DNA from: Azolla caroliniana | Lineage: Eukaryota > Plantae > Polypodiophyta | Length of the DNA stretch: 64,000 nt | Assembly: GCA_043228905.1 (NCBI GenBank) | Contig: JBHGNT010000001.1 | Span: 30,256,001-30,320,000, forward strand | Direction: 5' to 3' | Shown here: positions 34,388 through 46,784 of the stretch, piece by piece | Layout of the letters: every line of letters begins with the position of its first letter | How positions within the stretch are numbered: the first letter of the stretch is position 1 | The notes under the pieces: model-generated | What the model saw: only the letters and a program-made list of their open reading frames with translations | Told to the model about the DNA's origin: nothing | Databases searched by the model: none | Translations under genes and position numbers: made by a program

Positions 34388-36123
34388 AACCTAAGTAGGA
34401 GTTTTTATTTATTTATTTTTATTTAAAGAGATACACCTTGGTATTATAAAATCATAAGAAATACAAAAGATTTGTTGGATAAAGTAGTATACCAACCGAC
34501 TCCATTGTGTGTGCATCATAGCCGATTTGATGTGTATATACAAGAACTGCACATATTTGTACACCATATCTCCCATATTTTTATGCTTTAATCCTCCAAA
34601 ACTGCAACGGCGCATGCAATGTAACCTATACCACCAACAATTGTAGCAACAAAGTCCCAAAGTTAGTAGACATTGTTTCCTAAAATGACAGGAACAATAT
34701 ACATCCATAGTATGTGATCTCCATCTTCCCTAAAAATGAGCATTGAATCCCATAACCTTTTAAAATGCATTTGCTTCCTAAAAATGACATCAGCATTGCC
34801 TGTAAAACTTTCGTACTGACCATGTAATGTATGAATAAGTACCTGAATTCAACAATTATAACAGAAACATCATGAGTGACATTGTCAATAACTGATGTAC
34901 GTCGCACCTTCCAAATTACCGACAACAAAATAAATGAAATTGTCTTCCAAATAATATCATCCCTAAATTGCAAACTATCAATTAGAAAAGGTTGAACCAT
35001 TTGTATTGTTGATGGGTGAGGGGTGGAGCAGGGGTTAGAATGTGGGAGAGAGAGAGACACAAGTTGAGGGTAACTTCACTATATTTCCTTCCTTCTTTCA
35101 TGCCGCATGGGTGGGGTTTAAATAGTACGAGATCTTATCAAGACATTACAAAAAACCGAATGGGGGTAGTTACACCTACTTACCCCACCTCACACTCACA
35201 CGTTAACATTTCATATTAAACATTACGCATCTTACATATTACACTCTTAGGGTAACATGTATATGAGGAGGAACTATGTGAAAGGCTTCCATTATATCCT
35301 CCTTTTCATATAGCAACAATTGTCCCTCTAGAATGCCCCACCTAACCGCACCCCAAGTGCTCACACAATTAGCATGTATCAATATCAATAGCCTTAAATA
35401 CTCTCTTCCATACTTGCATAATTTTAGGACAAGAGTACAATACATGCTTAATTGATTCCATCATACATCCACAAACCAAATCCACACGACTTACTATTTA
35501 GTTGTCGTGACCAAGCCCAAACCAGTAGTGCATAATGAACCAATAACCAGTGAAAAAGTACAAATTTCCTGGGAATTTGCATACTCCATAACCACTTCCA
35601 TATATTTATATGCATCCATTAAAGCGGCCCCATTCGCCAATCACACTTTCATAACAGATGACGAATGCAATTTCCTACTTAAGAGCAATTTTCGTCCCAA
35701 CTTCACAAAATATTGAAATTTTTTAATAAATTTAGTATAATACGGAGGACTTGTATGTTTCCAAAGATAATTTGATTGATCCCAATGCAAGTCCAACAAT
35801 GATTTTTTTTTAAATACCCATAGTTGGCAAAATAACATACTATCAGAAGGAGAACGATTTAAAATCCATCTTTTACTAGATTTACCAATCACTCTCATCG
35901 GATGTTGCAATGCCGTTTGCCAAATTGACGACTCCACCCACATATGTTTGTCATAATCAAAATAGTAAGTAACAGTCTCCTTAAGACGTTGTTCCTTTTA
36001 CTCCTATCATAACACCAACCGGAGTAACATATCCATACGAAACATGCACAATAGAAGGTGACCAATTAGATAACTAAATTGCATCAAACATAGCTCTAAA
36101 ACATCAACCTAAGTAGGAGTTTT
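34388..36123 (-). mobile_element. 5'-truncated LINE insertion with 18-bp TSD
   Basis: Direct repeat aacctaagtaggagtttt at 34388-34405 and 36106-36123. A T-rich tract (minus-strand A tail) lies next to the left copy. Degenerate LINE-like C-terminal coding fragments inside. Confidence 0.75.
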
Positions 36124-36859
36124 AAGTTATTCTTGTACAATGTTGTGTCTTCCCTAGTCAAGTCCCCAGTTATCCTACTCAAGTAGCATATACATACACG
36201 TTTACATGACAATGTAGTGATAAACGTATATTGCAAATAGAAACATAGTAGCAACTGTCATGAAAACTTTGCACTATTTGGATGCACATATGTCCAAAGA
36301 GGATGTCAGGACTCATGATCATACAAAAGTTTTATAAATTTGAGAGAACTTGAACCCATGATCTCTCATGTATACCATAAACCATAACAAATAGGTTATC
36401 ATTCCACATTTCATCTTAATATATATTGGAAAATAAGTCTTGATTAATGTTCTCAAAATCTCATGTTACATCTCTTCAACCTATCATCCACAAAGTATCA
36501 ATCAACCCAAACGCAATATCTCCATTTCTTCATTCACTACCAACACGATGATTAGATTGATTTCTCTTGAATTTCCTTACAACATTTCATTGATTCATTC
36601 CTCCATTGGATATACTTGTTTATTCATAAACTAAATATGTCACCCTCTTTGGATGATGATTGAACATCCATTGTTCCATGTCTCATTGTTGGAACCTTGT
36701 GTATCGAGTTCCACCTCTAGTTCAATTTGTTGATGGATTGTCATTCGAGGTCAAAGTTGTTTTAGGATCCAAGACCATGTGTCACAAGAGTTATACTATG
36801 TCATCAATTTATTAGGTTATACACCATGCCCTTATAACAAAATGTGGGGTGACTGGTTG

Positions 36860-37568
36860 CAAGTTATGTGGACACTCTGTGGAATCGATACCTCACCATT
36901 TTGGGAATTGTGCAGAGGCGATTAGCATTTGGGGTAGAAGTCTTAGAATAGTGGCAACATGCGGTGTGAATGGGAGAGTTGTGTGGGGTCCTTATAGGGT
37001 TTGAACTTAACGTGGGAAGGTTGGGCAGAACAGTTAAACCCACATGGTCATGGATTTATAGTGCAAGGTGGCAGCGTGTTCCAATGTGCTGGAGTGCAAC
37101 CTGGCACAAAATCTGAATTTTTTGAGGAGATATGGATTATGGTGGCGTGCTTACCAGTTTGGCACATTTGAACCAAGCGGTGTACATTTGTTTTTTAGCA
37201 GGGAAAGCTCCCAAGCGGTGAGGTGTTGCTAAACATATGGTTTGAGATGGTATTTTGGTTGCACGGACGATACGACTCGATTCAGGGGAACTCAAATGAA
37301 GCAAAAAAGGCTTGATTAATGTTTCTGTTGAAATGGGGTGGTTCTCCTATGATGGTCAAATCATCATCACGGCCTAAATGGAACTACCAAGCACCCGGAT
37401 GGTTGTTTTCGCCAATGGCTTGCTTCCATTAGTGGGCAGGAAATGTTTTGGATTATGATTAGTTTTGTGGGGAGAAATGTGAGTTTTGCTTAATATGGTT
37501 GAACTTTGATTTACTTTGTTTGCTAACTAATGTGAAGTAGTGTTTTTTTGGTAAAATAAATAAAAAAA
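36860..37568 (+). mobile_element. LINE ORF2 3' remnant ending in an A-rich tail
   Basis: Fragments FWNCAEA and IWIMVACLPVWHI*TKRCTFVF resemble the C-terminus of plant L1 ORF2. Ends gtaaaataaataaaaaaa. No exact TSD found. Confidence 0.55.
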
Positions 37569-39102
37569 CCAAGTTTATGTTTTTGCTTTACAAAAAATCA
37601 TCGACAAAAGAGGTGGATGGTGTCATGATCATGCAAGAAATATTTTTTCTCACTTGATATCTTTAAGATTTTAACTTCTTGTTTTAAGTTTTGTGTGGAG
37701 AAATAAACATGAGCCCGTAATAATATTGCGATATTCGAAACTTGAAGATATTATTTACTACTTCACTTAGTATATGTCGATAATTGTAGCCTTTTATACT
37801 TGACCATAAGCCACCCATGTCTCAACTCTATGGGTGACTACTACTCTAATTCATGCAAACACCACATGAAGCATATCTAGATTGCGCTAATAGTTTTTTA
37901 TAAATATTAGTCTCAATTATTTTTTTAATGGAGCAAAAATTGTGATCTACCTGAAAGGTTATATAAATGGCAAGTAGTTTGCTGGATTGTCGATCGACAT
38001 TGACCTTCTTATTTTCCTTAGGCAGCAATACTATCTTTTGGATCAAGAAAATGTGCAACAACAAGCATTATGCAACAAATGGGTAGTATTGTTTAAGCAT
38101 ACATTGGAATAATTTAGCATCTAAATTAATGAACCAATGTAAATATTCCGTGACTATCTTAGTAGTATCCAATTGGCATGGAGTTGGTATTTAATAAACT
38201 CATCAAACACATTGAGGTGCACTACCACTACACATTTGGGCAAAGAATAACACGCACATAGATCTCCAACATATCTACACAAATCACAAGACAAGGGATG
38301 TCTTTACTAAGGCACTTAGATCGAATAAGGTAGGAGTCAGGTCCATTTTCAATTGTGTGTGGCCTATGCCTATATCCACTTGATCCATTGTACTTGAGGG
38401 TGAAGGGTAGTAGAGGGAAAACAAGCTCACTGTATACTTGAGAAGTCAAGCTCAACTACACCATGTGTTTGAACACAATGGTTGGAGAATGTGTGTTTTT
38501 TTTTTATACGTGACTAGGAATATATTCTCTACATTAAATATAATTATACGAACTTATATTCTCTCTCCATCATTATGACTAATCATTATATTATTCTCTT
38601 AATCCAAAAAGAATATTATATACAAACAAAACACTCCCATTTTAACGATGTTGTCTATCATCTCCTTCATTCAATTAATCTAACTCATAGTTTAAGGGTA
38701 TTCGTTGTGTTCTCTCTCACGTCTCCCTCTTTCACACATACACACACACATATCTTCTTACTTCTATCAATTAGATTGCATATTTGGTTGTTTGATTTGT
38801 TAATTATATAAAAGAGTATACATATGTAAGTTTATTATTGGTTGCAAAAGGTGAGTGGAATTTTTGGTATTATTTAAATTATTCTCTAATTGTTGCATTA
38901 AGACCAAGTATCACATATATAATTGTGTAAGGCTCGTTCAAGAGTTATACAAAAGTTAAATGGAGGAATGGCAATCCACAAAAGATAACATAGGCATGAT
39001 TTCTCCCTTGTATCCCCTCACCTGTATAAACATTGCGTGCATCCAATCTATGGAGAGGGGGATTGGTAATCGAGTTTCTTTTTTGTTGCTATACCTTGTG
39101 TC

Positions 39103-39411
39103 AACTCTCTATCCCCATTTTAAGAATTGATGGCAAGGACTTCACTCATTTTCGGATGCAACTGTTGGTCCGAAGTGGAATTATGCCATACCTTCTTTTA
39201 TGTTGGATAGTGGATAGTATTGTTCTACTTGTTCATATATGACATTATTTGTTTGATCTGATGTACTAGCTTTTGTATCTTAGAATAAGAAGTGAGATGA
39301 AATGTCTCCTTTTGTTTTCTCTATGTAGAGTTTTCAAGTAATATACTAAGGTGCATCTTTCTTTAACAAAAAATAAAATAACAAAAAATAAAAACTCTCT
39401 ATCCCCATTTT
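39103..39411 (+). mobile_element. Short (~270 bp) retroposed insertion with A tail and 19-bp TSD
   Basis: aactctctatccccatttt at 39103-39121 and 39393-39411, with aacaaaaaataaaataacaaaaaataaa immediately before the right copy. Confidence 0.8.
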
Positions 39412-41215
39412 GTAATTAGGTGTTTTAATTAATTACATGACTCGGTAGGGTAGTTGTCTACATATTCATCTAGCAAACTAGTTTACAACATATCCACATG
39501 TCCAATCACCTTTATAACTTAATCTACATTCAGGTCGTAAATAATTCACCTGCACGTCCAACAAAAACAAGATAGGGCAAATAACTAGTGAGTCCGATGT
39601 TGTGTTTTGTAAGCAACGACATTTTAGAGAAATGTGAAAAAAGGCTTCACCTCTTTTGGGGAGAGAATAAAGTGGAGATATGTTTCACCAATATGGCTTG
39701 CCCCCCCCCCCCCCCCCCCTCTTGGAAGGACCCTGAATTTAGAGGTGTAAACAGTTGCTCAGGTAGAAGTTGAGGGCTTTTGCTACTCAACATGTTAGTT
39801 GATGAGGGTATGATGGTTATGTTTTCCTGTATGAGTTCTTTGTAGTCTTTGGCATCTTTCCATTAATACCAAGGTGAATTTGTTATAAAAAAAAACCAAG
39901 ATGGAGCATCCTATACATTTGAACAAATTCATGATTGACACATCCTCATCCTCATAAGAGAATAGGGGACCAAAGCATGGTCTATATAGTTGAACCCGAG
40001 TAGACTCCTCATGATGGACACCATCCATTAAAAACTATGGAAACATGCATGAATATCTTCAACATAACCTCCTTCGATCCTTTAAGACATGCACTATATA
40101 TATATATATATATATACTCCAATCAATCGCCCCCTTGTGACAAATGTGAACTTGATGAGACCTCTCTTATCTCCCACTACACTTTATGCTTAGATTGTTG
40201 AGTCTTGCATTCCGAATCGTTGATCCATCTTTGTCACTTCTCTTTAGGACTGCATATGTTAGCTCTTGCACATCCTTATCCTTGATTTAACTTACCTTTT
40301 CTACCTTTTGGGGGCTCGTATTTTACTATATATTCCTTTAGGATGAGTGCAAAGAGAATGGAGCTCCTTTCCTTTGGCATCTTGTACTCATACACATGAC
40401 ATTCTGTCCAAATCTTACCAAATCTCGACATATCTTTTAAGACATGCATAATACATTTTTGTGTCACAATATTGAAGCAATGCCCATCTCTTTCTCTCTC
40501 TCTCTCACATTTGACTCTAGAGATTTTGTTCATACCAAATGCACATTGTAAACATGCAACTCTTAAAGCAAATGTTATTCACACTAAGAATTTAGATCTT
40601 CATGATAACACTTTAGTTCTCACAATCTATAAACTTTATATACTTTGAATTATATCTCTAAATTACAATATAATGCATGTACTAAGTATGAACATGCTAA
40701 TGGTGAAAAGCTAGCTTCAACTCAAACGGCATTGTCACTATAAAAGCAATCCCTCATGTAGGTCTTTGTATGTGTCACATAGAAGAAATCACATTAAAAC
40801 AAATGTCTCAACACTCCCATAATTTATTTTAGAATCTATTTCTTTGTTACCTTTTATGAAGATCTCAACATTTCCAATTTTTATTTCCAATGGCGACAAA
40901 CCATGTGCAACTTTTGAACAACTAATTTCCCTTGAATTGTGCAATCTTGGAAGGTTGACACAAATACATTTATGTTCGTGTATGTGCAGTCATACATACA
41001 ATCATTGATGCCCATATATGGATCATTTAAACTACCATTCTAATTCTTTTGTAGGGACATCAATGGACATAAATGCAAAGGCAAGATAAAAAGGAATGAA
41101 TGCACCAATACACGTTTTAAATGATAAAATGTTATAGATGTGATAAAGGCCAATTTGCTTTAATGTGCCATTCACTACTTAAACTATAATGCACAACATG
41201 TAGTTTCATAAAGAC

Positions 41216-42173
41216 AACATAAGTTGATATATCTGCGCAAAACAACAAAGAATCGACTATTGCAAAGATATGACACACATATCATGTTCCCCATATAACT
41301 ATTGCCAAGTTTCAGCAACAATTATGGAAACAACAAGAAGCTACACGAATTACCATGTTTCAATGGTTATTGATACATAGGTCGCCTCCAGTTGGAGTGT
41401 GGTAGCATGGGATCCTTAACTCTCCTAATTGTGTAGCATGCTCTGATGCAATAGAAGCAATTTGACACGCTCTTTATGGAAACAACAACAAACTATGTGA
41501 ATTACCACGTTTCAATGGCTATTGAGACATAGGTCATTGCGGTTGGAGTATGGTAGCATGGGATCCTTAGCTCTCCTAATTGTCCAGAGTACTCCAATGC
41601 AGTAGAATCAATCCAACATGCTCTGTGGGACTGGCCAATGACCCATCAAATATGGCAGGGGTTGGCCGACTATTGCAATTATGCCAGGTTCAATGCACAT
41701 TCAAGTGGGGGAATGTATGTTCGTTACATTGGTAAGCCCCCATTCACAAATACGAACATCCGTTTCCACCATTACCAATATTTACTCAACACCCATCAAT
41801 GCCAAAGCTCAAGTTGTGTTGGAATTTGTTAGCCCAATAACATTATGGACTTTTTGGAAACAATGCTATAGATAGGTCTTCCGTAATCAAACTGTGCACT
41901 AGGTAACGTTATTGCAAGAGATATGGAGTGAAGTTGTAGCCACACTAAAAAGCCAATACGATGGCATCACGTGCATATCTAATGGAGCCGAAAGACAATG
42001 ATGAGACTTCATCCAAGAATGGTTGTCCTCTCTCTTTCTTGAATCAACGGGCCTCCACATAAGATGGAACTATTGAGTCCCTTCTGGGATTTGTATGTAA
42101 CATTCTCAGCTGTAGAATTTTATAACGAATGAAGGAGTTTTGTTTCTGGAAAAAAAAACATAAGTTGATATAT
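41216..42173 (+). mobile_element. 5'-truncated LINE (zf-RVT region, internally duplicated) with poly-A and 17-bp TSD
   Basis: aacataagttgatatat at 41216-41232 and 42157-42173, with an A run before the right copy. LWKQQ..RITMFQWLLIHR..VG.W...PNCVACSDAIEA..HAL (zf-RVT) is present twice (41322-41475, 41474-41630). Confidence 0.85.
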
Positions 42174-42966
42174 ATGACAAGGACTGGGGCATTTTGTTCA
42201 AATTATAACTATGGAAAGGCTAGATTATGTACTCTTGTCCAACCACATCCTATGTATTCAGCCCACTAAATAACTAACATATTGTACGCATTTCCTTCTA
42301 CATGGAGAGACTCATGGCACGAACCATAGAATTGAACCTTTCCCATGCTAACCTAATACAACCAATATCGATGATCAAAATGTCGATAGAGTGTGGAGAA
42401 GTGTGAGGTACAATAGTAGCTATAAATTTAAAAAATTTGAAACCCTATCTCCTACGCAAACCCAGAGCTAAGAGAATGTACCTACCTCTTTCCTTGATTT
42501 GACTCCCAACAAATGGTTAAGCTTGTTATGGCAACAGACAACTAGAATAATGCCAAATGTGAAACAAATTCTCAAAAGTTACTTACATTAAAATTCCAAG
42601 CGCCAAGTACACAATAAGAACATTTTACAACTAGAACTAGAATAGTGGCAAAACTTAGAACAAATACTCATTAGTAGATTTACTCAAAACTTCCAAATAC
42701 CAATCTTACTCAAGCTTTAGCGTGATCATGACATGAATATTTAGTCATACCATTTTGAGGTGATGTTGAAGAGTAGTATCCACTATAATAAGGCCACAAA
42801 CTAAGTATCGACCATAGAACAAACTTAGAAAGTAATCACTCATGTGGGAATAGTTGGGATGTTGAGAGTGTAATGAAAAAACATATATGAGGTATAATGA
42901 AGTTTGGAAGTTTGAACATATTTCTCAATGAAATAAAAGTATATATTGACCCCATTTTTGTGTTTT

Positions 42967-43682
42967 TAACAATCAACAATGGTTCGGTTCAGTTTAAGAG
43001 TGTCAAAACGGAACTGTTTAATTTTTTTGAAACTTGAACCGAACTATAAAGAATCAAATATGATTCTTGTGTAGCGGAAGAGATGTGTGTTATGTGTGAG
43101 AGAAAAGAGAGAAGAGAAAAGAAACACAAGATAGATAAGCTAGAGAAATGAAATACTCAAGAAAAAGAAGATGTATATTTGCAAGTAAAATAGCAAATAC
43201 AAAATGTAGCATTACAAGGAGTCACAACCGGCTTAGTATGAAGCATGAGGAGGGTGCTTTATATATAGTCACCCTCGCTCTTCATTAACTAACTACAACA
43301 ACCACTCTCTCTCGGGGAATGTGAAGACTCATAGTCATGGGGCATATGTAACTCATTAGTTATGTGCTATATAATATGATTCTATGACACATAGTTAATG
43401 TGTAGAGAGTAGGTCAAAATTCAAATTCAAAATTATGAAAATTTGCATTTTTTTAATTTTTAATTTTTCAAAAATTAAAAGATTTTGTTTAAATACAAGA
43501 GCTAGGCTTAAAAATGAAAAGATTGTTTTTTTTTAAAACCGTTAAAACTAAACCGAATCGAATCGAACCGTTCACTCTCCCAAACCGAACCAGACCATTA
43601 AAACAAACTTGAACCTAAACCGAAACGTTTAAACTGTTAAGCCATGGTTTCACGTTTCAAATCGAACCATTGTCAATTGTTA
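42967..43682. mobile_element. MITE / non-autonomous TIR transposon (hAT- or MULE-like)
   Basis: Imperfect TIRs taacaatcaacaatggttcgg / tcgaaccattgtcaattgtta, multiple subterminal aaccg motifs, and a flanking direct repeat tttgtgtttt (42957-42966, 43683-43692). Confidence 0.7.
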
Positions 43683-44909
43683 TTTGTGTTTTACATAAGG
43701 ATGTATATGCACGTCAATATCAATTTGGTGAATTATTACCATCTTTTGAGCCATTGAGTACTTCATTTTGCAAATGTGTTATGAATTTATGTAGCATTTC
43801 CAACTAATTTGAAGTCCCCCCCAAAACATGTTGATATATCTCCTAATTCATCAATTTTTCACCAAATGATTGCGTTTTCACATACAAATAATATTGCCAT
43901 ATTTCAAAATACTATAATGTGATGGCACATCTATTTTTTCAATATTTCCATATTAGAGCATATTCCCTTGCTACTTGCTGTTTGATAAAAATCGGTTGAT
44001 GCTTTTTCCATGCTTTTCCGTATGGTTGGGGCTAGAAAGAAATATGGCCCGATAAAAATAAAGAAGGCGCATATTCATCTTCTCTAATCACATGTTCAAT
44101 GTAGTAGCACGGAGACCATGTTTCCCTTACAACATCATTATGCAATACAACCACGAGCTTAATGTTTGGACAAATCTCACTCCAAACATTTCACCATGTG
44201 CGAAATTGGTTTTGAAAGTAGTGAATGTAGATAATTCAGTCAGGATTTGCATTTCATGGCGCACATAGGGTTTGACGTGACAGGCTTAGGGAGATCATGT
44301 TGTTAGCGCTCAAAAGTTGAAACGTGGTTTGACTTCCGTAGAAGAAATAAAATTGGCACATGTTTAAATGTACTATTGATATTGCTATGATTAGCGCAAA
44401 ACTACATATGGGTAGACATGCAAAGGGACACAGACAACCCCTTGAGAACCTTTGACGAATGTTGAACGAATCACGATAGAGCAAGTGACTGAGGACAAGT
44501 GCAAGTTATTCCTTGTTGGGGAAGTGATTGTAGACACATAATAATATTTCATATCTTTACTGAAACAAAATGAAAGAAGGAATGTTTTATGGTATCTCGA
44601 GGTTCGTCAAATTTTCCATGGTAATAGAACTCAAAAAAGAGAATATAGCACATGTGAATAACATTTACAAAGAAGTAATTTCCTATTAAGGCACGTGTTG
44701 GAATTGGGAATAAAATAGATGAAAAGTGAAAAGTGAATAACAATTACAAAGGTATGAGAAGTGATGTTTTTTATTTTCTATTTTTAACTGGTCAATGGGT
44801 CCACTAAATGATAGTAAAATTTTAGCATAGGACGAGATCAAATTAAAATACAAAAAAGTAGGTATCTCTTTGTTTACACAAGGACACTATTAGCTAGAAA
44901 GGTGCCACC

Positions 44910-44981
44910 ACACATGACGCATCATTCCTTCACTAAAAATAAACTTCACCGAGCACCCAGTAATATTTGAAGCTATAAATA
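44910..44981 (+). promoter_or_regulatory. Putative UGT core promoter: TGACG motif and TATA box
   Basis: catgacgcatca at ~44913 and ctataaata at 44973, ~110 bp upstream of the ATG. Confidence 0.5.
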
Positions 44982-45082
44982 CAACACACTTGGGATGAGT
45001 ATTGTTAGAAGTAGCGCAACACTCATTCAGAGTGTGAATTAGGAAACATTGTATTAGTAGTTTGTTTTAGTTGCTTACTAAG

Positions 45083-46784
45083 ATGGGATTCGAAGCACAA
45101 TATGAGCAAATTATCCACATAGTGGCCATACCTTATCCAGCCCAAGGCCATATAGCGCCCCTCATGCAACTGTGTGAGAAACTAGACGACGATGGCAAGT
45201 TTCTCATTACCTTTGTGAACACAGAGCACAACCACACTCGCCTCATCCAATCCCAAATGAGTGGTAGATATACTCATAATATTGGCACTAACAATAATAA
45301 GAGTAATATCAGACTTGTATCAATACCTGGGGGGGTGCCCCCAGAGCTCCATGGTCAATCTGACCAAAACCTCATTTCAGCATTTCAAGCCTCAGAGGCT
45401 ATAGCTGATCATTTCTTGGACCTCCTCCATGACCTCAATTCGAATGGAGGCCCCAAGGTCTCATTCATCTTGTCAGACGTCATGATGTCATGGACTCAAG
45501 TCTCTGCAGACTTGATCCACGTACCTCGCCTTGCTTTTTGGACTTCTTCTGCTGCAGTCTTTTATGTCATTTGGCACATGTTCAACCTCATCTCTGAGGG
45601 CATCTCCACTTTCAAAGGTAAATGTTATTTTATAGGTTGACCCATTCTTTCATGGATAACCATGATCTAGACATAAATTTTTTTATTGAGGTTTCATGAT
45701 TTTTTACATTGACTTATTCATGAAATAACATAGATTGTTTATGTTTCATCATTAATTTCTTAGATAATTGGTCTCAATCTCAACATAACTTACTTTGTTG
45801 ACATTTACAGAGAGACGAATATGTGACGAGAGGAATAATGATAATATAGAGCTAGTGTCTTGCATCCCGGGGCTCCCACCCATGGACCTTAATGACCTCC
45901 CTATCATAGTTCGAAGTGAACCCCAAGATTTTATTTACCAGTTCCTTTCTCGCCAAATCACGCCTATATGCCATGCTGCTGCCCTCCTCTTCAACACATT
46001 TGAGACCCTTGAACATGATAGCCTCACCCAATTGGAAGCAGCCTTAGCTAGTCGCAATCTCACAATGCCAATTCACGCTGTCGGTCCCTTGCTTCCCCTT
46101 AAAGTCATTGCTAATGATGATGGTAGTGTAGCACATAAACAATCCACGGGCGGAATCTTCGATGAGGATGCAAATTGCTTACATTGGCTTGATACTCGAG
46201 CTGACAAATCAGTGGTCTACATATCATTTGGTTCAATTTTACGCATGGATGCTTTCCAATTCATAGAGCTTGTTGCAGGTCTTGAGGCAAGCGGACAAGC
46301 ATTCTTGTGGTCAATTAGACCAGACTTCGTGTCAGGTGGGTACATGGACAAGCTACCAATCTCATTCATGCAGAGTACAAGTCAACGAGGGCTCTTGACA
46401 ACATGGGTACCACAACTTGATGTGCTCAAGCATCGGGCCATAGGTGCATTTCTCACGCATTGTGGGTGGAATTCAACAATTGAGAGCATTGCAATGGGGG
46501 TGCCGATGCTTTGCTGGCCTGATGTTGGTGAGCGAAGGACAAATGGGCGCCTTGTTGTCAGCGTGTGGAAGGCAGGGCTAGAGTTCACACGTGTGGGAAC
46601 TGGGGAGGTTGAGAGGAAGGAGGTTGAACGTGTGATAAGGCTATTAATGGAAGATACACACACCTCCAAGGTTTTGAGATCTAATGCATTTGGGTTGCAT
46701 CAAGCTGCGCAAGTTGCAGTAAGTAAAGGGGGATCCTCTTCCCATGAGTGGGAATCCTTGCTCCAAACCTTTAAAAGACTTTAG
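45083..46784 (+). CDS. Family-1 UDP-glycosyltransferase (UGT85/709-like), 2 exons, ~500 aa
   Basis: Exon 1 45083-45617 (HIVAIPYPAQGHIAPL with catalytic His; ILSDVMMSW with partner Asp), phase-1 GT-AG intron, exon 2 45811-46784 (LFNTFETLE, SVVYISFGS, PSPG box WVPQLDVLKH...HCGWNSTIES...CWPDVGER, GGSS). Confidence 0.95.

Noticed and set aside
43068-43391. Solo LTR nested in the MITE
   Set aside because: It has an LTR-like composition and tgtgt/acaca ends, but no TSD could be found. Left unassigned.
732-46784. Biosynthetic gene cluster (acyltransferase + GDSL + UGT)
   Set aside because: No scaffold-forming enzyme. LPEAT and FMP32 are housekeeping-type genes, and the UGT is 26 kb from the GDSL across TE debris. 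No co-expression evidence is available.
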